In this document: in pieces, positions 46,051 through 56,550 of the stretch | How positions within the stretch are numbered: the stretch's first letter is position 1 | Layout: each line of letters opens with the position of its first letter | Assembly: GCF_009914755.1 (NCBI RefSeq) | Contig: NC_060933.1 | DNA length: 64,000 bases | DNA from: the human T2T-CHM13v2.0 reference genome, Homo sapiens | Strand: one strand, 5' to 3' | Program-made: the position numbers and the translations under genes | Notes under the pieces: generated by a model | Databases searched by the model: none | What the model saw: the letters and a program-made list of their open reading frames with translations, nothing else | What the model was told of the DNA's origin: nothing

Positions 46051-47028
46051 ATGTTTGAGACGGAGGCAGATGAGAAGAGGGAGATGGCCTTGGAGGAAGG
46101 GAAGGGGCCTGGTGCCGAGGATTCCCCACCCAGCAAGGAGCCCTCTCCTGGCCAGGAGCTTCCTCCAGGACAAGACCTTCCACCCAACAAGGACTCCCCT
46201 TCTGGGCAGGAACCCGCTCCCAGCCAAGAACCACTGTCCAGCAAAGACTCAGCTACCTCTGAAGGATCCCCTCCAGGCCCAGATGCTCCGCCCAGCAAGG
46301 ATGTGCCACCATGCCAGGAACCCCCTCCAGCCCAAGACCTCTCACCCTGCCAGGACCTACCTGCTGGTCAAGAACCCCTGCCTCACCAGGACCCTCTACT
46401 CACCAAAGACCTCCCTGCCATCCAGGAATCCCCCACCCGGGACCTTCCACCCTGTCAAGATCTGCCTCCTAGCCAGGTCTCCCTGCCAGCCAAGGCCCTT
46501 ACTGAGGACACCATGAGCTCCGGGGACCTACTAGCAGCTACTGGGGACCCACCTGCGGCCCCCAGGCCAGCCTTCGTGATCCCTGAGGTCCGGCTGGATA
46601 GCACCTACAGCCAGAAGGCAGGGGCAGAGCAGGGCTGCTCGGGAGATGAGGAGGATGCAGAAGAGGCCGAGGAGGTGGAGGAGGGGGAGGAAGGGGAGGA
46701 GGACGAGGATGAGGACACCAGCGATGACAACTACGGAGAGCGCAGTGAGGCCAAGCGCAGCAGCATGATCGAGACGGGCCAGGGGGCTGAGGGTGGCCTC
46801 TCACTGCGTGTGCAGAACTCGCTGCGGCGCCGGACGCACAGCGAGGGCAGCCTGCTGCAGGAGCCCCGAGGGCCCTGCTTTGCCTCCGACACCACCTTGC
46901 ACTGCTCAGACGGTGAGGGCGCCGCCTCCACCTGGGGCATGCCTTCGCCCAGCACCCTCAAGAAAGAGCTGGGCCGCAATGGTGGCTCCATGCACCACCT
47001 TTCCCTCTTCTTCACAGGACACAGGAAG
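46051..47028 (+). CDS. RGS3: RGS3 large coding exon (326 codons, MFETEADEK...FTGHRK): hexapeptide repeats, acidic tract, RRRTHS264 motif, Met314
   Basis: Long pyrimidine tract plus CAG|ATG acceptor; AAG|GTGAGA donor; 978 nt, phase 0/0. Lies within ORF 45988..47103 and is recognisable RGS3 protein sequence. Confidence 0.97.
46117..46490 (+). repeat. Degenerate 18-nt coding tandem repeat (~21 hexapeptides, [QK][ED]xPPx)
   Basis: EDSPPS KEPSPG QELPPG QDLPPN KDSPSG QEPAPS ... RDLPPC QDLPPS QVSLPA. Confidence 0.9.
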
Positions 47029-48557
47029 GTGAGAAAGCTAAAGGGGGAGGGAGAAGGATACATGCAATGTGGGGAGGGCTGGCCCAGGGGCTGCAGGGAA
47101 TGAGAAGTCACCATGTTCCACCCCCACTATCCTGGCAGCCTCCCAGCGAACTTTCCACCTGTTGGACAGAAGATAAAACTGAGGCCCAATGGGACCAAGA
47201 AGGCAGAGCATGGACTTAAACACATGACTTTAGGATTCCAGATGCTGTGTTCTTATAGCTCCACTGGTCCCCACAGAAAGCAGAGCAGGTGTAGCTTAGC
47301 CCAGGCCATTGTGTATTTGGATTTAAAAGATCTGAGATAGTAGCTGGAGAAATAGAGTTACAGCCTAGCCAGACTAGAAATCCATCAGCCAGTCACAATG
47401 ACAACACACATTTATTCCGTGTCCACATTATCCTAAGCAGTTTACATTAACTCATTAACTCTCACAACAGCCCTTTGAAGTAGATAGTATTTTTGTGCCC
47501 ATTTTACAGCAGAGGAAACCGAGGCAAAGAGAGGTTATCTAACTTGCTCCAGGTTACACAGTGTATCAGTGTCTGAACTAGAATTAGAATCTGGTTCCAG
47601 GGCCAGTGCTCTTAACCAACCACCACACCGTTTGCCTCTCGTGAATATTTATATGTAGATGAATAAGTATTTATGGATTTCCTGCTGTGTACCAGGCCCT
47701 GCGCTCTGCAACATGGCAGGAGCCACAGAAGTGTGTGAGGCTGGTCTCAACCTGAGAGAAATAAGTTAACTGTGTGAGCCTTGAAAGTGGCCTAACAGTG
47801 AACAGATTGCGCCATGATCTTGAAGCCTACCAGCTAGTTTGGGTCTGGGCTCTGTTTCTTACTATGTGGCTTTGGTTGAGTCACTCAACTCCTCTGAGCC
47901 ATAGTTTTCTTCTCTGAAAAGTAGGGGTTAATAGCACTCACATCCCAGAATGGTTGAGGATGAATGGAAGAGGCTGGTGCCTGATAACACTAGCCGCTTG
48001 AGAGGCGGCCCTCAGGGAATGCTGGGCCCCACTCCTTCTCTTGAAATGCAACAGCCAGTGCAAGGTGTTGGTGTGAGGCTAGGTGAGTAGGGGTGCTCAG
48101 TGCCCATGGAGCACAACTGACTCAGAGATCTAGAACTTCAGGAGGACAGACCCCAGGGCCTAAAGCCATCAGGGAAAGCTTCTGGAGGAAGATACCTCTC
48201 AGCTTGGCCTTGAAGGATGAACAGGATTAGAATAAACAGAGAGGTAGAGGCAAGCATTCTTTGGCTAGAGCAGAGCATTCCTAAAGGGCAGATGCCTGGC
48301 ACAGGTGCTGCTATTCCTCCCTCCAACCCATGGCAGACATCATTAATGGATTCCAGCATACTTCCTCACCAAGTTGGGACATGTCCTCAGAAGCCTGCTT
48401 AGCTTCTTAGCCACTAGCAAGAAGGCAGACTTACCTTCTGGGGAGATGCCTTCTGCTGAAAGCTAGTCATTCTGACAGGGCAGGCTGGGGCCCTCCAGAA
48501 AAGGGTCTTGAACTTTGGCCTTGGAACTAAATCTCCGTTTCCTCATCTGTAAGCGTG

Positions 48558-48732
48558 TGTGGTTCTCACACTGTGGTGTGCTCCGGAATCACCAAGGGGA
48601 GGTAATTAATATGTGATTCCTAGTCCCCATACCCAGAACTCTGGAATCAGAATCTCTAGGGGTGGTGCCCAGACCCTATATTTTAAACATGCCCCGAGGG
48701 ATCATGATCTTGCCAAAGTTTGAATATCACCA
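48558..48732. mobile_element. MER5A-like hAT MITE
   Basis: gtggttctca...gaatcacc...gaatcagaatctctaggggtgg...ttttaaaca...aaagtttgaatatcac. Confidence 0.75.
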
Positions 48733-50833
48733 TCTTAGGCCATTTCTTGATGGTTTCTACAGGAGAGAGTCCGGAACGCTGTCCTTCCAAGGCAAGGCCT
48801 CAGGCTCATTCAGATCAGGCCTGGCCACTCCTCTTTGGAGGGCGGTTGAGGCCCACCTGCCTTGGGCTTCCCAATCCTGATTCCCCCACTACACCCTTCC
48901 CAGTTCTATTCCCCTCACCACACTTGCTCCAATAAAACTATTTATATACAGATAAATTCACACACATTCATATGTATGCATTTATCTAATTCCCCAGCTC
49001 AGTTGACCTCGGCTCCTATTTTGGGACACATACTCCTGCCTGGGAGTCTAGCAGGCCTGGACCAGCTCTCTCTTGTCTCAGCTTCCTCCTTTGGGTGCCC
49101 AAGGTTCCCACTGGCACCCTCCCCTGTCCCACCAACTTTTAGCCGGTCACTTCCTTTCTTGGGTTTGAGTGGCTGAGCTGGCAGAGACATCAGAGGCTGC
49201 CCCCAGCCTGGTGGTGGCCACCCTTCCATGTGGCTTCCACACACCAGTTCCTGAGCCCTTTGCCATTCACATCCTGCCCTCTTCCACCAGTAGCTTCAGT
49301 AGGAAACTTGTCAAGAGGAGATGAAGCCCCGGATGGGACAAACACCGTGGTCTAGCTCCATCTCTTACTGGTACTGGGCCTTGGGCAAGTCCCTGCCCCT
49401 CTGTGAGCCACAGTTTCCTCCTTGGTGAAATGGGTATGGTAATAATGCCTCCTTCCTAGGGTTGCTGGGAAAATTAAATAGCTTAACACAGGTAAAACAT
49501 TTAGGGCAGTACCTGGCGCTCAGCACCTGGTGGGTGCTGCATAAATGGTAATCATGTTATGTGGAGGGGGAGGGGGAGAAGAGCAGTAACCAGGGTAGTA
49601 CTGGCTGTGCCGCCATTCGAAGTACCACCAGACCCCATTTCTCACCTTCCTGACACTGCTGCAAAGTGGACAGGCACTTGGCTTACAGTGGGAGGCTGAG
49701 GCTAGTGAGAGATATTTTGTCCCCAGCCACACAGCAGCAAGTGATGATGGCACTGGACAAGGCCTCACCATTGTCTAGTCAGTCCTCTGTGGCTCTGCCC
49801 TAGACTCTGAGACCTCATGCTGATGAGGGGCCGGGGGTGGGGGACTGGCAGAGGGACAGTGGCAGGTTCCCCCATGACTTCTATCTTCCTGGCTTTGGCC
49901 TGGCTCTTCTGGGAGGGTCCCCTGATGCTGATGGGCCACTATTCCTAGGCAATGCCAGGCAAGAGGTGAAGAGGGGAGGGGTGAAGTGTTCAGGCTGTGG
50001 AGTCAGACAGACCCAGGTTCAAGTCTCAGCTCTGCCTCCTCCTCCCTGGCTCTGAGACCTTGGCCAAGTTGCTTCTTTCTCTGAGCTTCGGTTTTCTCTT
50101 ATTAATGGAACACGGAGTCCCCCGGGAGTTGTCCCAAGGGTTCCAGGGCGCAGTACGTAGAAAGCTTGGGCTGGTCATTTGTGCTGCTGTGCGGATAAGC
50201 TGAGGCTGCCCAGAGTACATGCTGCCTGCCACAGGGTGACATTCAGTCTCGACGTTGTCTCCGGTCCACACCCCTGTTATCCTGCCCTCTTATGTGCTGA
50301 GCAATTTCTACTGTGAGTAGGAATGTCAGAACAGGCAGACCTCAGAGATAGTCTGCTCGACCATGGTGATCTCACAGATGGGCTGACTGAGTCCAGAGAG
50401 GGAGAGCCCCCTGCCCCCACTCCCCGCCATGGTTCTCCAGCTGGCCATCCCCTGGGTGTGGCGCCCTGTGCTGAGTTGAGTGGTCTCATGGTGCCCCCTG
50501 CCGCCAGACCCCTGCCTTCCTGGCTGCTCCCTGGAGGCCCTGCAGAGCAGATCACAGGCCTTCTTCCTGGGGAGTCAAGGAAGCCCCGGAGAATAATTGT
50601 GTTTGGGTCCAGGATGCTGCCATTGAATTCTAGTCCAGCCTATCTGGCTCAGCACAGAGGGTCATGGGCTATTCTTTGACAGTGAGGAGACCACAGGCTG
50701 CAGCCCTTCCCTGGCCCTGCTTCCTTCCTCCCCTGCAGGGGACTGGCCTGGGCAGAGGTGGTCCACAGAGGGTGCCAGCCCTGTTTCACTAAGCTCCCAC
50801 GTAGGTCAGAGATCAGACGAGAGGACCCCAAAA

Positions 50834-50916
50834 ATGCCTTCCAGCTCCAAGACGATAATACCTTCAAGCCTCCTATTTTTAAAAAGCCTAAAGAATTATT
50901 TCGGATGTGTAAACAA
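50834..50916 (+). CDS. Candidate alternative first coding exon of RGS3 (MPSSSKTIIPSSLLFLKSLKNYFGCVN-K if spliced to 57031)
   Basis: ATG with A at -3, 27 codons plus 2 nt, then CAA|GTAAGT donor in the phase needed for exon 57031. No transcript evidence available to me. Confidence 0.45.
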
Positions 50917-51109
50917 GTAAGTATAGAGTTTAAATCCACTGTTTCCACGTGGTTCCATGGGGCCTGCCAGCCTGGGCTGGATCGGAGAGGGCAGCCATGG
51001 ATGGCCAGGGAGCCCCAGAAGTCCGACCAGGACCAATAGGGAAACCAGCTGAGCCCTGCTCACAGACGAGCGCTCAGTCACTAGTGGGCTCTGGACCCAG
51101 ACCACAGTT

Positions 51110-51550
51110 CTCTGCTACTTGTTAGTTCAGAGAGCCCAGGCCAGTTATCAAACTGCCCTGGGCATCTGTTTCCTCAGCTGCACACTGAGGGGAAATATCA
51201 GTAACTAGCTCTTAGAATCGTTGCCAAGATTAAATGAGATAAAGTATGTTAAAACACTTTGGCCCGGCACCTGACATGTAGTGAACGCTCAATAAATAAT
51301 GGCAAAACCCATGCTAGCTGAGAGTACTTGCTCACTGCTGTGTGTTGGGCGCTGTGCTGAGCACGTCCCCGTGTTAACTTACATAATCCTCACCACAGCC
51401 CTTTGAGGGAAGTCCGGTTATTACCCGCATTTTACAAATAAGGAAACTGAGGCACAGAGAGGGATGTAACTGAGCTAAGGTCAATGAGCTAATAAATGAT
51501 TGAGCTAAGCTTCAAATCCAGGCAATTAAAAATCTACACTCTTAATCATT
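51110..51550. mobile_element. Two adjacent MIRs in opposite orientation
   Basis: tgtttcctca...gattaaatgagat...ctcaataaat, then ttttacaaataaggaaactgaggcacagagagg. Confidence 0.7.
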
Positions 51551-52912
51551 ACTATAATTACAGTTATAATTACAGTAAGAATTATAATTATTGTTCCAAG
51601 AGGTGGTGAGCTCCTAGTCCCTGGAGGTGGCTGGATGAGGCTGGGCAGGGCCCAGGGATTCTGCCTGGAGTGAAGGAAGGGCTGTATGGTCCTGGACTCA
51701 CCTCCATCTGCTTTTCAGCTGGACAAGGTCACATAGTGAGACAGTGGGGAGAAGATGGAAAGGAGAATCCCTTTGGAGGGCCTTTGCAGACTAGGCCCTG
51801 GGCAGGCATTGATGCAGCTGTGGGAGGGGAGGGAAGAGTCTGAGGAGCCACTCTGGCCCCCTCCAAGGTCAGAGGCCAAAGCCTCCCTGCAGCTATGGTG
51901 AGTCCCTAGGGCTGGGAATCAGAACCCGATTTTTTCACCTCAATTTCTCCTTGGCTCACAGGCTCTTTTTGGTGCTGGGGTTTCCCCAGCAGCCCAGGGG
52001 GCTGACTCCTAGGGCCAGAGCTGCCCAGCCCCTCTGTCAGGCTGCTAGGCTTGGGTCAGTCCCTGCTGAAGACACTCTCCTCCCCACAGTGGAAGGAAGA
52101 GCCCATTTCCCAGCAGCGCAGAGGCTGAGGATGGCGGCTGGGTGGGAGTGGTCCCCAGGCCCATTGTGTGGAGCCGATAAAGTACGGAAGCTGAGGTTAG
52201 AATGGGAGGAAGCCCAGGGCCCGAGGGCTCTTTCCCACGGGTGGGGGCCTTGGGCATGGCCTTGCCAGGCCAGCATGAGTGCAGCCTGTATGTGCACTGA
52301 AGGGTGCCCTGAATGGTGACAGTGGTAACACTCACTGGGCAATGACCACTGGTTACTGAGGTTAGCGTGGGTGCCAGGACTGGGCCTTGGGGTCCAGAGT
52401 TTATCCTGGTGAACCTTCCATCAGCCCTGTGAAGTGGCTGTCACTATGCCTAAGCCATAGCTAAAAAAATGGAAGCCGAGAGGCTAGGAAACTTACCCAA
52501 AGTTGGTGAAAGCAGGATTTATATCCAGGTCTGGTTCCAAACACTTGCTCTGAAATCACACACCATACGGTGTGTGCCTCTGTGTGCACGTACACACATG
52601 TATGTTTACAACTCTGGTGGGGCAGCATTCTCAGGAAGGAGGCAGCACTTCCCGAGTCTTTCACAGGAAACATTAAAATGTGTTCTGACCTTGCATTTTT
52701 GAGTAGCAGCATCCTCTGGTGGAGAAACACAGGCCTTGAATTGAGGCAGATTCCAGCTCTGTCACTTACATGCTGGGTCTCCTTGGGGAAGTGACTTAAA
52801 TTCTCTGAGCCTCTATTTACTTTATAGGTTTATTGTGAGGTTTAATGAGATAGTATCTGAATTATGCCCCATCCAGGGTCTGGCCTATAGTATGAGCTAA
52901 ATGAAGGTGTAA

Positions 52913-53204
52913 TTCATCCATCCATCCACTCATCCACTCCTTCATCCATCCACCCACCCACCCACCCATCCATCTATTCACCCATGCATTCATCTACCAT
53001 CCACCCACCCACCCACCCATCCATCTATTCACCCATGCATTCATATATCCATCCACTCATCCATCCATCCACCCATCCATCCATCTATCCACCCACCCAC
53101 CCATATATTCATCCATCCATCCATCCATCCACTCATCTATCCATCCACCTATCCACATATCCATCCATCCATCCATCCATCCATCCATCCATCCATCCAT
53201 CCAT
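52913..53204. repeat. (CCAT/CCAC)n simple repeat, ~290 nt
   Basis: Direct reading. Confidence 0.96.
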
Positions 53205-53933
53205 GCAGGTGGGAGACTCACAAAAGCATCCCCCGAGGAAGGAATTGCACATGGAGATGAAGACCTTCTGTTGGTTGGAAGGCAGAGTTGAGGAGGTTGC
53301 TGAAGTAGGGGCCAGGCTGGAGAGATAACTGAAGGAATAACTGAATGGAACTTTCTGCCCTGATCCTAAGATGGTAGATCCAGTCGTGTTACGGAGTTTG
53401 AATGTTATCCCGAGGGCACTAGGGAGCCATGGAAAGCTATAAGGCAAGAGAGGTGCACTCAGGCCTGTGTAATGATTTATTTTATACACTGCTGACCATC
53501 TCAGGTCTCCTTTGAACTTCAGAATCCTGACTTAATCATTATGATCCTGATTTTAGAAATTAAGGAATAGAGGCTTAGAGAGGGGCAGGGATTGGCCTAG
53601 TGACACAGCAGAAGCCCTGCCCTCTCACCTGCTCACTGCCTGCAATGAAGCCTCTGTCCTGAGTGCCAGCCGTCTGGCTTCTCCCCAGTGAGCTGGGGAC
53701 CTGACTGTCCCAGGAGGAGATCCCTGTGGCCGGAGAGTCTGCCAGGCCGATTCCACTTCATGGCCAGGCTGTTCCCAGCAGTGGGGTTTCCCTCCCTCAC
53801 CTGTGTGCCGCGGGTGGGGGCTTTGGGGATGGAAGGGGCTGGTGGCAGGGAATGTTGGGTCTCTGAGCCTCTGTTTACTTAGGCAGGAGTTCCTGGGTGC
53901 CCAGACTGCATCGTGTCTGTCTTCTCTCCGCAG

Positions 53934-53998
53934 ATGAGCGGGGCTGACACCGTTGGGGATGATGACGAAGCCTCCCGGAAGAGAAAGAGCAAAAACCT
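53934..53998 (+). CDS. RGS3: RGS3 coding exon (MSGADTVGDDDEASRKRKSKNL), with basic NLS-like RKRK
   Basis: cttctctccgcag|ATG acceptor and CT|GTACGT donor; 65 nt, phase 0/2; keeps frame into 57031. Confidence 0.95.
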
Positions 53999-54428
53999 GT
54001 ACGTTGGGAAGATCCCTGGCTTCTGCGCTCCTCTTCCTCCCTTGCCCCAGGGCTTGTCTCTCCTCTAGGGGTCCAGGTGGGGAGAAGAGGTTGTGCCTGG
54101 TCCCGCCCACAACCCCAGACAGACACCAAGGAAAAACTGGATCTTGGAACTTTGCAGTGACCCCAAAGTGGGGTCACCTGGGTCCTGAGCATTCTCTCCA
54201 AGTGAGGCAAAGTGCTGATTCAGTACCCGGAAGCCACAGTGAACCAGAAGCAACCAGCCCGTTTGCCCTGGCTTTAGCCCAGCTTCTGAGCCAAGCAGGG
54301 ACCAAGTGACTTCAACAACTCCTTTGCTCCCTCTGGGCCCAAGAGTGACCTGAGAAGGGGTGGAACTGACAGTCATTGGCTCCTCTTTCTCTTCCTGAGC
54401 TCCTGAATGCTAATAGTCTCAGGCATTG

Positions 54429-54444
54429 CCAGGAGGGGGCGCTG
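54429..54444 (+). promoter_or_regulatory. Candidate CTCF site
   Basis: CCAGGAGGGGGCGCTG, one mismatch to CCASYAGRKGGCRS. Confidence 0.6.
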
Positions 54445-55097
54445 CTGGCCCAGCTGCCGAATCCCGCACTCGCCAAGCCTTTCTGGCCACACTCAGGCCT
54501 TCTTATACTATAGGGTGTTTGTTAGAGGTGTCAATGAAAAAGATGTGTGTGTGGGTTCTCAGGTCTTCTTCTACCCCCAGGCCTAAGACCCTGGAGACTC
54601 GGGGGAGGTATAGGGAGGAGGCAGTGGGGTGCATGCACAGTGACACCTCCAGAGGAAGCCCCTCCCCACCAGGTCCTGTAGCACCCACCACTAGGCAGGA
54701 ATTGGGCTATAGGGAGGAGCCTCCTGCAACCCTCTTCTCTGGCCTTGACCGTGGGTGGGGTCCACTACCCTAGAAAGCCTTCCTCACCCCAGCTGCCTTG
54801 ACCTCTCCAGCTTTCTGCAGCAACTGTTGGCTTCTCTTACTCCACAGCCAATTGCATTTTCTTAGCAAGGTGAAATGCATAAACCAAAACAGTCCCTTGC
54901 ACCAACCATCTTCACTTAACCTTTTGTAGGATGAGAGAGGATCCAGGGGGTGCCAGGACTGTTGAATGTGGTGCTGGAAGTGGGAGGTGTAGGGAAGCAG
55001 TGTGTGGCGCAGAGGGCAGGCATCCCGGGTGCTGGAGCAGCCCTGTCTAGCCTCCTTTCAATGTAGGTGCTGCCTTTTGAATTGCCTGAAGCCCACA

Positions 55098-55388
55098 CTT
55101 TTTTTTTTTGGAGACAGAGTCTCCTTCTGTCACCCAGGCTGGAGTGCGATCTTGGCTTGCTGCAACCTCCGCCTCCCAAGTTCAAGCAGTTCTTGTCCCT
55201 CAGCCTCCCAAGTAGCTGCGATTACAGGTGTGTGCCATCACACCCAGCAAATTTTTTTTGTACTTTTAGTAGAGATGGGGGTTTTGCCATGTTGGCCAGG
55301 CTGTTCTCAAACTCCTGGCCTCAAGTGATCTTCCCGCCTCGGCCTCCCAAAGTGCTGGGATTACAGACATGAGCCACCATGCCTGGCC
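55098..55388 (-). mobile_element. Alu
   Basis: Antisense dimer ending gagccaccatgcctggcc. Confidence 0.94.
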
Positions 55389-56384
55389 TCTGAAGGTCAT
55401 ACTCTTAAAAGCTTAGACGAAGAGTCTTAGAACATCTACGGTAATAATAAGAATAACCATTAATGTTTATTATGCCCCGCACTGTTCTGTGTGTATTTCA
55501 TATGTAATCTAATTTAATCTTTACCACTACTTTTATTTTCCGTTCTGTTCTTTCTTATTGACCTTACCCTTATTTTACACGTGAATAAACTACTGTGCAA
55601 AGAGGCTAAGTTACATGGCAAGAAAGTGGTGGGGTTGGGACCTGGAGACCTGGCCTGCTGGCTTCTGTTTGAGGAAACAGCTTGACAGAGAAAAAACCTT
55701 GATAGGAAACTTGAGAGATCAGGAAACGTGTCAAAGGGCACACAGCTGGTAACTGCTGGAGCTGGGATTTGAACCCAAGACTAGCTCCAGAGCCTGGGAT
55801 CAGCCTCCCCTGCAGGACTCTCCTTCATTAGACAGGGTGTCTAGGTCTTAGTGCCATTTTAAGCTTGAATAGCATCAGAAGTATAAATGCTTCAAACTTA
55901 CCAAACCCCCTTGAAAGTTTAATTATTAAATTTCTTTTGCACGTCTTTAGTTATGTGATTTTTGAATAATCAATTTTTCATTTTCATTTTTGGTTTGAGT
56001 CAGCATTTTCCATCTTTGGGAGGATGGAGACCAAAACTTAAAGTGAAACATTTATTATTCGAAAATCACAAAACCATGCACACAACATTAAATAATTAAA
56101 CTTTAAAATGGTGTTTTTGTAAGTTTATAGGACTTGTACTTCTGAAGTTATTCAGGCTTAAAACTACTAAGATGTTGGGGTCCTGCTGTATATTCATGAC
56201 TGGATGTCGCCAATGCAGGTGACTGAGGCTGAGAGGCCGGCTGGCAGGAGCCATTCTCTGGGAGGTGCCCTGTACAGGGGGTCTAGGGAAAAGAGGGGCG
56301 AACATGAGCAAGAGGCATTTAACTCCTTTCTTGCCAGCAGTTTCACCCAGTGCTGAATTCTGCTGCCTCCTTGGGGACCGGCAA

Positions 56385-56550
56385 GGCTAAAAATGGTTCT
56401 TGGCTAAAAATAGCCAGTCCTGCCACCCCGGTGGTGGGCAGTGCCTCCCCTGGCTCCCTCCTTCCCTTTCAGCAATTTGCTGACTTGTCCCCCACCCCCC
56501 ACCACTGTCTCCCTGCTGCCATGGTAACGAGGAGGCCAGTCACAAATAGC
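56385..56550 (+). promoter_or_regulatory. Promoter motifs upstream of the short-isoform first exon (MEF2, RFX X-box)
   Basis: CTAAAAATAG 56404-56413 (perfect MEF2), CTAAAAATGG 56387-56396, GCTGCCATGGTAAC 56515-56528. Confidence 0.6.

Noticed and set aside
52984-53328. His/Pro/Ser-rich ORF
   Set aside because: Translation of the (CCAT)n repeat.
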